64,000 nt of DNA. It comes from Monocercomonoides exilis PA203. Lineage: Eukaryota > Protista > Preaxostyla. The position numbers and the translations under genes are program-made. Positions 14,601 through 20,013 of this stretch are shown piece after piece. Within the stretch, counting starts at the first letter, position 1. Each line of letters opens with the position of its first letter. The stretch spans positions 62,001 through 126,000 of the forward strand of contig LSRY02000059.1 of the NCBI GenBank assembly GCA_001643675.2, read 5' to 3'. The notes beneath the pieces are model-generated. The model made no database searches, was not told the DNA's origin, and saw only the letters and a list, made by a program, of their open reading frames with translations.

Positions 14601-14772
14601 GGAAAGCGTGCATTATGGAGTTTGCAATTTGGCTATCACCAAACAAGTCAAATCCAACGGTCTTGTGTTTTTCACATTCTGCATCTTCGTTTGTGTGTGT
14701 GGAAACATGTGTGCTGATTGTTGCAAAAGCCAAAAGGAACAGCAGAATTGTCTTAACGCAACAATGGAGCAT
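2614..14772 (-). CDS. Giant type I membrane protein (4052 aa): signal peptide, repeated pectin-lyase/beta-helix-like ectodomain, TM helix, C-terminal TKL-like pseudokinase
   Basis: Single uninterrupted ORF. Hydrophobic N-terminus (TILLFLLAFATIS). Eight GxD/P..CG....PCxT/S motifs with GGG(V/L) and FxxNxAxxG motifs between them. TM helix IWPIIVIIVCIICVVLLVVIIVLVV followed by RWKK. Kinase C-lobe motifs RWKAPE, SVAFSVGMMLWECLTLQIPF and LVNACLSVNPADRQT, with no recognisable VAIK, HRD or DFG. Confidence 0.88.
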   Translation of the reverse strand: MLHCCVKTILLFLLAFATISTHVSTHTNEDAECEKHKTVGFDLFGDSQIANSIMHAFPRPHPSYSHFRLSTKHTVAAEFVMANSSAELKWLSIVQVSGKQGVVCTDSSSVRVVECALKLDRSSTKSMFCASRAALVLTNITLSFPFAHSAAQPLISSQPLTHTVQHNSGRVAVESSLIASVCVGAEPFLSPIHVPAIRLASTVFINVTQPHASCADAKRDGGMTEEQHTLIDSCLMDRVENGYDGGIVWGMSVCKGSFTAWNSSFCRSTRTACQRIEHSGSATTDVNECAFHGLKNVEYGGAINHNSTGTCSIQNSEFDDCHAKRAGGACNIIYSSKVTVGTCVFSNCSANEWAGTLKVSFINQLNVDQCNVTNSAAYWAGGTIEATEIRNGSSFSNNIITSGKVNVSNDNETGGGIWCSHTFGMVFSECLFRSCSSENSVGGAMSFSTRVHDYIFTKLSFCFFDGNQASSTGADIYASQEWSTVLVESNIVECRTSTTAPNRLFVAGSDRSHLMNRLLSRAFVSKHNGSDTPLCGITLFPCSTLGFSLTLINRSAHPVSITFAPGTYPEAEAAVDSLALQVVGHKSTTTILPKATTRSFVFLTSGQLTFDSFTVVHGSPSAQPASHPLFSVSSTAAAWIKNCLITADTAQNNVFGAPLITMDGGALAVENCEINTITLSEAPLIRAAVTAELALTNSTISAVQRGVGSGAGAECDIEDGGAVEMNNVSVSGCACSKGDGGGVWVRLRSGGRLQMGAVSAVSFEGCTAPNGQEAKGKGGGVFVSAEGGGCAMVLKEMGFSGCAAWKGNNVFVEAPVLRVVVSTSSMGFSRSGMSDEDLMGFEDGHREDPLPLAPFLKVFSPPAFVGGAKGRDFSACGFAEHPCVSIGKAAGLWFSGSKRSIVLHTGFVWREEIELGGNEWSIQCEEKGDEVGVAPSAPPSHPALITTTHPAQLINVVFALPQTLSQSTTHLLCCKGATLTLTSCGIKTAGGVHSVAFVPLAVTNGKIEATNLVCSAMALAGQPLISVAGAGAEGDFGKLSVESVSTTAECGLLEVANGGSLRVWNSTVSSPTAPLACALLSSASAKAILLQNSTFANFDRAIRNGGCIECTLADGSNLAVAGCSLCECCSRGANGGGMCVEMKSGSHFSVEGSTDADAGGDDGDGRVAGFDTCSALKSAEGEHGRGGGVYVDAEEGATDFAVGDVVFASCTAEKGSSLFVCGYDLLALINEHSLGAHREEADLGKLAGFERCTTDSSFCIPLVVYLWTNFTADGFVDGAGGGDFSRCGFSEAPCRTVDHIVSTRFAPLPQRPSTITIAPGSTITNALNLLPAAAPAAPQLLPSLTMQGAAQAARLSVFDLAPAEQDAFLASAITLTLHSLALCIPAALRQPRAFFCSSSRALCISACSFELREGSMLAYSLILVEEGSFSASQLAIGTDSSATAVSCMPPLVVIHSSGSVSLAGCSVAGVSHSQGNGSWAAAECQGPSARLCIANSTVCGCSAAASDGAGGGLLCSAAGGATVEISNTSFTLCSVPSEGTLAKGLGGGVFLDCAGAASGFQLSNTSFDQCSAWKGKNLFVCADSLSQLVTRTTMNFTFAIGVDEAPDLDELSGIDRASASLVLPLVLLLRSFARPCVVGGEDGVDASLCGYPDYPCQTIPYAASSRFGQSLAALRLQPPFSFRDTLCLCSQPLAVDSAAAGTQIDIRADGEGEGEALVETGIEVGLSGMCFGLPSSFAPRPRAALFWCSAATLTFTACTTAAPPSPLQYSFAVASSGTVLLCQFAMHSTAFAASPAFLLEGSSAAGSFVELHLRNTTTNAPSGLIRATSGASLRVENSTIADATMDSSEVICSPLTTTLALKNTSFANITRLRGSGGLVVGAVSGGRKFSFANCTMERCSCIESGSTRGGGVVAEVKKGGEWVFEKSAASECTVDGLAGCGGGLFLRFAVADVRYSMKGIAFAANDAWLGKDVYLVCPAPHAALHAIYWEGSAADTDPATTKWVHDDSAPQGANVSILFYLFPPSDEIVYVQSGTDPFPQCGSKVYPCATIPVGVAALSGNRTIVHLTNANTLASSIDRDTLSLTIEGERGTRSHLTIQPGGCFSLTAGTAATSFTLSQLVLLLPCSPLQSGLSVPSLITAATGRFSVVDCLFGTQDGAEDGAEASTPMAVASGEGGTILFDSVAFSHLAFAGGSRIAHMGSGSLTMEGCNITSASGSGGGLVAGGAGAALSLKGLRVHTTPSTDGHFLEASCSAKVEIADGCEFEQCSSAAGDGGCVWCQMDGEGELGIHNSSIKACSVPPSSGRGGGIFLHLLAQPNNNNNNNNFQLADLTFSANAALCGRDVFLMCTDLNESVKAARFVSLAGDGAEGEAEMEGTDTHRFGDVPVELQLFLRVRKAGEVVVSDQGYDVLGCGTRQHPCFSFWRGHANADASLPSRTMLIANSTFVQDALDVSGFQVQSSDDASSCTISVRSAVSSSAASPASAVLATAAKTAFLRILFDLPSAFSSGQSVFLSSSAPHGELSFTNITFSSASASASARSLSYLLLSAAGQSVHLARCVVQSLAFPDAPLLLMCTSTIAHSSFASISAPASADGGALKAVLAAEHTLATANTSFALCSCSPHSGRGGALFLDCTSSHTPNPFALGLATSFTQNAAPVGRHVFVASLDLNATVTNSAFAFDCSPFASDPNAFVGSDTAHSATDLFRFLLAYQADAIYLSAAGSDVKRCGSEADPCESFWKGMQQVDSAAAHKTIFIDGHTLVQDPFDLSSFTVQSAPPLSEGSPRPALNARSTTDTRAAPLFTNTRQLRLDSIAICTSASFANALQAVILSEGGDLVLTRCAFCSNATSHQPGDYSFVVCRGGTATADNLEVSDVCVVPPVFRLEGSCGCLVAGAAVRSARIASGCVFCFASGSAARTNGEARFVCTNSTFDTVAREDDGPCCVSAEPGSAVAAEMNSTVLESCRAGASEWGGAWLCWLSGEGHMRMSQCRVVQCACSTRTGRGGGVCLASDLFGSLDFLFAKCAFDANTAWRGRDIFVQCRNIPSQINDTQFRFDLQPDKYNPVNAIFGADSLAPDPIDLMDFITVLQLSTIVVASAQPSPGEDSRQCGTPKLPCRTVGCALAHVYGDLFRMLAVDGQGVVDGEVVLEELSVCALDRLSADILFEGELVQTRDCLIEAVSAVAIECISFILPPSPPITHPALLHIHTGTLTLTRCNVGAPAQTPPPRIHTFLSAESAACTLRQVSVCNIVCHAIAAAAGGSLVLHEVCAADVVCQSCAIAADSAEVTIASSRFTQMKADSPNTSSAHAAHAAAALCLSRCNSLCVANCTFAGCSSPSPTGMSVCVLDSANAAIDCCLFDGLSHTAHRLPPDNTFHEECSWNGSMLHLLRGSAAVKDTAFANSPAGALSLSNGSATVTKCEFMSNNPSIEGYPSLRRNIICSDSGSLDVMSLKGGDGLKDGSSLWMLNDGCSFEGIVSERDSPFFIPVLESVEAKEETDRMKMTFKGLLFIPCNLSFSVVKRKGEEKEIEKHDFDSNGFLSEREAEGSVAKDLIRSCGDEIEVSVSILFGNSNAPSLTQPSILKNASEAKGNGDERIVEGGNKEMSIWPIIVIIVCIICVVLLVVIIVLVVRWKKVKERKEELEEIVNDNIRKDPKAIEMVTMEMSPEEQWRRAEREAEKKNEERMKKRVYEKSLGHSESSEHLLSESGSTEYILGRDSDKIPEWMLEKVDEKEEDDEETRKRTPSPSISSTSTTDSDSTFVRGEDLCPTTSSMSNLVDAMACSSPHEKLIADLRDSLFMLLHGRNKTKEMAIGTLQEREQTAAQILFWVANLALHSFDEMENPLQSLANLSPHIILISEHMVICIVMHSDLLSDDDSDSSSISSSTVVTSTSNDDNDSLPSSAFEDEGLFKKECLRWKAPELLINKKMGATKESVAFSVGMMLWECLTLQIPFGEYEAEIAGEKIKNGERPPMQPICSSAFSELVNACLSVNPADRQTLTSLKRLLIQHFPPGAAILTISDAVDDTCCSDRQQQLSGSASCSSISATFIS
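7795..7818. repeat. (GTT)n microsatellite encoding poly-Asn in the giant receptor
   Basis: gttgttgttgttgttgttgttgtt, read as QPNNNNNNNNF on the minus strand. Confidence 0.85.
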
Positions 14773-15378
14773 TGAAAAAACGAAACTGAAACACAGTTAA
14801 ATTTTTCAACTTTTTTTTAAAATATTTATTATGTGAGCATACGCAGATATATAATGAATATTTTGAAATCAACTCAACAAATATTTTCCTCATATAATTA
14901 TATTGAAATTTTTAAAAAGATTGATTTTTAATTTTGAAAAAATGTTATGGCAAATTGTAAATATAGCGGAATTCAAAATATAGCAATAAAACACAAAAAA
15001 TCGCAATACAGCAAAAAATATATTGGAAATGATATTATAGAAGCATTTTGAAATAAAAACTCTATTAAAGGATTTTGAAAAAACTTTGGTGAATGAATTT
15101 ATCATTTTTTATGAGTGATCATTTCCCTTAATTATTAATTATTTATTTGTTTTTTGTTTTATTTATTAGGTTTTAGGGTTTCGATTAGTGAAACAAGCTT
15201 AGAATGGATTAAATATTGATTTAGGGTTTGATGGAGCAATATTTGGGTTAGGGTTACCCATGGAAGCAAAATTAAAAACGAAAATTTTTTATGAAATATA
15301 TCTGGTCTCCTTGTGTTTAGGATATTCTCCACTTTCCAAAACATAATATTATTATACTCCTTTTCTAATTACACAATT

Positions 15379-16059
15379 GTCATAATAAAATCTTTTGAAA
15401 ATGTGGAAAATTTTTTCTCCAGAAAAAAGAAGACGTGGCTGATCTTTTTGAAATCAAACTATCGTTCGAGTTTTGATCAAAATTTTTATCTCAATGGGAT
15501 TTTTATTAATTTTATGTTTCTGCAATTACAACATCGTAAACAATATGAATTTTCCGTTGTACAGTTTGTGTGGAAAATACCAGACAAGATCGATTTCTCT
15601 GTAACTGCAAGAGGAATAATTTTGACAATTTTCCTCAAAATATATCTCATCAATGCAAACTCATTTGATATACAAAATATTCAAAACAGCTTCATTTGTT
15701 CACAGAAAAATTATTTTTGAAATTTCGGAGAAACTCCAAATCCAATTTCTACCAGATTTCGATAAATATTTTTTTCAGAGCATAAACGAGGAAGTCATGA
15801 AAGTCTTGTATGTGGTATGAGTTTGTATTAATGAGATATATTTTGTTGATAATTATCAGACTTTTTCTTCTTTCGGTAATTGAGATATTGATCTTGTCAG
15901 ATATTTTTTACACACAAACTGTAGTTTATTTTTTTCGAAATCCTATTGAGATAAAAAATTTGAGCAAAACTCGAACGAAAGAATGATTTCTATAAAGATC
16001 AGCCAAATATTTTTGATTTCTGGATTTTTTTTTTGACAATTTTTCTAGTTGATTTCGAC
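15379..16059. mobile_element. Foldback (long imperfect inverted-repeat) non-autonomous element
   Basis: Left arm ~15385-15665 (GGCTGATCTTT..TCGTTCGAGTTTTG..TTTTATCTCAAT..ACAGTTTGTGTG..AAAATATATCTCAT..CAAACTCAT) is the reverse complement of ~15817-16055. The right arm lacks a ~50-bp segment present in the left arm. Ends approximate. Confidence 0.7.
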
Positions 16060-16063
16060 ATAT

Positions 16064-16323
16064 GGGATATTATTTTTGAAATCATAACTTTTTTCGGTGA
16101 GACAATTTTTCAAAAATTGATTGATTATGAGAAAATTTTTTGTATTCAAATTGAAAATTCATAACCACTGTTGGAAAAACAGATGCTTTTACTCAAATAA
16201 AGATGATGATGTCTTTCAAAGAACTTTTTTAACTTTTCAATGAACTTTTGTTGGAATTCTAAAGAAATTTTCGAACAGAAAATTTTCGAACGAAAAAAGT
16301 TATGATTTCAAAAATAATAACCC
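16064..16323. mobile_element. MITE, 260 bp, ~33-bp TIRs
   Basis: Left end GGGATATTATTTTTGAAATCATAACTTTTTTCG; right end reverse-complemented GGGTTATTATTTTTGAAATCATAACTTTTTTCG (1 mismatch). Flanks ATAT (16060-16063) and ATGT (16324-16327) form an imperfect 4-bp TSD. Confidence 0.8.
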
Positions 16324-17746
16324 ATGTCTTGGAAAAAACCATTCAAAAAGGAATGCCATTCGCTGAATGAGATATTTTCATCTGAAGAATCATCTTGGAA
16401 ATGGATACAACAGTATATACCTAAGGTATTTGCAGTTTGCCAACACTGCAAAAAAGTCAAATATATTTGCAAAGGAAGTGGACATTCAAGATTCTTGAAG
16501 TGTCCAAAGTGCAAGAAAAGAGTTTCCTGCTTCAAAAATACAACTTTGGAATCTTCAAATTTTTTTATTTCAACTGTGATGATGATTATTTTGACGTTTT
16601 GGCTGGAAATCAAAGATTGGCAAATTGGGTTTTTGCTGAATGTGTATCAAATGACGATTTGGGACAGGACAAGCGTGGGAAGGAAAACTGTATAAAATTA
16701 TATATATAACAGAAATGAAAAATTGGAAGGGCAGGCAAAATAGGAGAAATTGATGAAGTAGCATGGAGGAGACGGAAATACAAAATAGGTTTAAACATCG
16801 AATATTAATTTTGTTGAAATTAAAATTAACTTATTTTTTTTGAAAATAACTATTTTTTGAATTAGGAAAGCAGAAAAAACTGATGTGGATATTTGGAGCT
16901 GTCGAACGAAAAGGTTATGAAGAATAAGGAAAAAAGTTTTATGGTCATTGCACCAAATCGAAAAAAAGAGACCCTTATCCCAACAATTAAAAATCGAATT
17001 AAAGAAGGAGCAACAATAATCAGCGACGAGTGGAAAGCTTACACTTGCTTTGGAGAAATTGGTTACACACACCAAACCGTCTGTCACAAACGTCATCACT
17101 TTGATCCTGTTTCGAAAGCCAATACGAACACCATCGAAGGTATGTGGGCACATTTTCGATCTTTTTTCAAAAGATATGGGGGAAAATACGGACTTTCAAG
17201 CAATTTTTGCACAAGGCACAAAAAAATTGATTCGCTCAAAACTTTATTTCTCTTTCTCAGATTTCAAAACAAATTTGATTTTCAAATCCGTAAACAGGTA
17301 TCGATGAAATCATAACATAATATTTTCCAGCGTTTCACGTATTTCAAAAAATGGACACATTTTTATATTGTTTTTTATTCTCAAAAACACAATGAAAAGT
17401 GCAAAATTTTTCAGTGTATATACCTGAAGTGAAATATTTTGCCCCATATGGAGTGAGAGAGCGTTTTATTCCTGGAGTGCTTGCAAATTTCATTGAAAAA
17501 AGATCAGGTTTTCTATCCAACTGAGAATTCATAGAAAAAGTTTGATATTTTCAATTTGATGATGAATTTGAATTGAAAATTGATGATGATGAAGTTGATG
17601 AAAACGAAGAAAATACTGATATAAATGATATTTTGGGAACAAGAGATGAAGAAGATACTGAAGAAGAACTTTTCAAATCAGAAAGCGAGGATTCAGATCC
17701 ATTTGGAGCTGGAACAAAAGAAGATTCTTTGGAATTTGAACCATAA
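16324..17746 (+). pseudogene. Decayed Merlin/IS1595 (ISXO2-like) DDE transposase with an intron, a MITE insertion and an acidic tail
   Basis: Zn ribbon CQHC...CPKC; GKIGEIDEVAWRRRKYKIG; WIFGAVER; IISDEWKAY; HQTVCHKRHHF; NTNTIEGMWAHFR; KRYG continuing after the MITE as VRERFIPGVLANF. Frameshifts near 16700 and 16910; in-frame TGAs at 17522 and 17543; GT-AG intron 16789-16865. Confidence 0.85.
17178..17445 (+). mobile_element. MITE copy 1 (268 bp) inserted in the decayed transposase, TSD ATAT
   Basis: Ends GGGGGAAAATA...TATTTTGCCCC, flanked by ATAT at 17174-17177 and 17446-17449. Removing the element plus one ATAT restores AGA TAT GGA GTG (R-Y-G-V) in frame. Similar along its length to 19308-19576 in inverted orientation. 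Confidence 0.85.
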
Positions 17747-17942
17747 ATAACAATTTTTTTATGAAATTTTTTAAGAAAAAATTTTTTGATCTTTTTTCTT
17801 ATCCATTTCTTTTCGCAAGATGTTTAGTACTGAATATTAACAGAATCATCAAATGTAACTTCCGTTATTATTATTTAGTGAAAAATTATGGAATACATTT
17901 TGAATGTTTATGCAGTCCAATAAAAAACTTATAATAATCAAA

Positions 17943-19233
17943 GGTACAATCCCAATTGGCGGACATAACCCATAATTTTTAATGTGAAAAAAGAAAAAAG
18001 AAATAGATTCAAATATAAGAATCATGTCTTTTTGTTGAAGATATGTTTAAAATGAAAAGTGCTGGTTGGTGCTGTATTTAGAAAATTAAAAAAAAAAGAC
18101 AATAATATTTTTTTATTGTTTGCTCATTAAAAATTAATAAAGAATAACACTGAATGGTTTGAAAAATGAACAAATAGAAAACAATAACTTAGTATGGTAT
18201 GTGCTTTAACTTGTGGCATTCTGATTCATCAATGTTTTTTATTTCATCTGAAAAAAGAAAAAAAAAGTTAATAGATTAAAAAATTAAAAATTCAAACTTC
18301 CATTTGTTTATAAATATTATTGACAGCCAAGGTATCCAAAAAGGTGTAATAAGTGCTGTCTTCTTGCCTTTTGTTAGCGAAAGAATCCATGTATGATTGA
18401 ATTACTGAATGTCTGACTCCATGTGGTGGTAAGCTTTTACGAAACAAGGACCAGAGACCTTCTATTCGGTTAGTGTGAGTGTTTGTTTCTTTATTAATAA
18501 ATGTTTTTTTGTGATTAACCATTCTATGTGCGTAACCAAGGTTTTCCATTCCATTGTAGGCGCGCCAGCTGTCACTGTTAATTATTGAACCTAATTCAAT
18601 ATTTCTTCTCACCGAAGAATGTAATGTGTGCTTTTTTCTATCTGGAACCATTTCCATAAACATAGTGCTTTTTCCTTTTCCTGTTTGAGTGACGTCAATA
18701 CCTCCGAAAACCCACTGCTGAGGTTTTTTTCTTCCTTTTTTATATTTTCTGCGAAATAAAAGCATCTCATCAATTTGAACTATTCTGTTGACTCCGCCAA
18801 TCCTTCTCTTCATAATCTGCATTTCCCGAGATACGGCGCTCCTAAAAAGAGAATAAATGTGGCAAACCGTGTTTTTGGATAGATTTGTAAGTAAAGTGGC
18901 CTGTTTTGCTGTAATGTTTATCCAAAAGTACAGTGACAATTTCATAAATTGATGCATTTTTATTCGGATTTTTTCAAAAACTGTATTTTTCCTTATGCTA
19001 ACCGATTGGTGTTGGCAACGGTAGCGAAATCTTTCATCTGCTTCTTTTTTGAATCCAATCATCTTTTTGCATTTGCCACAGTAAATTTGCTTCTTAACCA
19101 GATTCCTTGCCACAAGAAAATCAACGGTTTTATCTTCATCGTTGAAGGTTTGGCTCAATTTGGATATTTCTGATTTTTTATTTGAATTTTCCATATTTAA
19201 TAATGGGTTATATCCGCCTATTGGGATTGTACC
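17943..19233 (-). mobile_element. Complete Merlin (IS1016/IS1595-related) DNA transposon, 1291 bp
   Basis: 31-bp TIRs: GGTACAATCCCAATTGGCGGACATAACCCAT (17943-17973) and the reverse complement of 19203-19233 (2 mismatches). Perfect 8-bp TSD TAATCAAA at 17935-17942 and 19234-19241. Contains an intact transposase ORF. Confidence 0.95.
18292..19194 (-). CDS. Merlin/IS1595-family (ISXO2-like) DDE transposase, 300 aa, intact
   Basis: CGKC...RC Zn ribbon; VQIDE, RKYKKGR, WVFGGI, INSDSWRAY, HRMVNH, HTNRIEGLW motifs; D-D-E triad present. Confidence 0.95.
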   Translation of the reverse strand: MENSNKKSEISKLSQTFNDEDKTVDFLVARNLVKKQIYCGKCKKMIGFKKEADERFRYRCQHQSVSIRKNTVFEKIRIKMHQFMKLSLYFWINITAKQATLLTNLSKNTVCHIYSLFRSAVSREMQIMKRRIGGVNRIVQIDEMLLFRRKYKKGRKKPQQWVFGGIDVTQTGKGKSTMFMEMVPDRKKHTLHSSVRRNIELGSIINSDSWRAYNGMENLGYAHRMVNHKKTFINKETNTHTNRIEGLWSLFRKSLPPHGVRHSVIQSYMDSFANKRQEDSTYYTFLDTLAVNNIYKQMEV

Positions 19234-19307
19234 TAATCAAATGATCCAAAAAGATCATGATTTTATGTTTTTGATTTTTTAATCAAAATACAAAATGTTG
19301 AACAAAT

Positions 19308-19576
19308 GGGAGAAAATATTTTTCTTCAGCCATATTCATTGAAAAATTATGCACTTTTCATTGACGTTTCGAGATCAAAAAACACAACAAAAAATCAGTC
19401 CATTTTTCAACATTCGTGAAATGTCACAATTCTTAATGTTTTGATTTCAACGATGCCTGTTTCAGGATATGAAAATCATATTTATTTAGAAATCTGGCAA
19501 AGTTTAATAATGTTGAAAGTGAAACAGTTTTTTCACGCTTTGTGTGAAAAAAGCTTGAAAGTCCGTATTTTTCCCC
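19308..19576 (-). mobile_element. MITE copy 2 (269 bp), same family as 17178-17445, TSD AAAT
   Basis: Ends GGGAGAAAATA...TATTTTTCCCC, flanked by AAAT at 19304-19307 and 19577-19580. Its reverse complement aligns with 17178-17445 (GGAAAATACGGACTTTCAAGC, AAAATGGAC, AATGAAAAGTGCA). Confidence 0.85.
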
Positions 19577-20013
19577 AAATGTGAGTTTACGATGACAACA
19601 AAATACAAAACGCATTGGCATATATGAAAGAAGATGAGTATTTCGAAAGAAAATGTCAAGTGGGCAGGTTTCACACCCAACTCTTTCAATTTTCATTCAA
19701 CTTTTTTCATTTTTTGTCTTTTTCGAGAAATATTTTTATTTTCCACAACTTTATAGAATTTTAATAAAAAACTTATAATGATTAGACAGCAGAAAATTAT
19801 TCGAACAAAACGAAGATTTTTTCTTAAATGTGAGAATGATGCTCCATTTGGTGAACACGCTGAAAAACGATATTTTTTTATTTCGTTATTTTCATAACAA
19901 AAAACTTTTCGATTTCAATAAAAAGTTTTCAATGCTAAAAAATCTACAAGAAATATTCTGATGCAAATTATTAATTTATACTTCAAAAACTTGTATTTAC
20001 ACAAAAAATTTCA

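Noticed and set aside
17520-17546. In-frame TGA codons as evidence of recoding or an alternative genetic code
   Set aside because: The same copy has frameshifts and a MITE insertion, and intact genes in the window end in TGA, TAA and TAG; decay explains them.
17178-19576. A single 2.4-kb composite element bounded by long inverted repeats
   Set aside because: Each arm has its own short TIRs and its own 4-bp TSD (ATAT, AAAT), so these are two independent MITE insertions.
19433-19696. ORF resembling the end of ORF 16893..17315 (GKYGLSS...)
   Set aside because: The similarity comes from translating the two non-coding MITE copies; it is not a protein domain.
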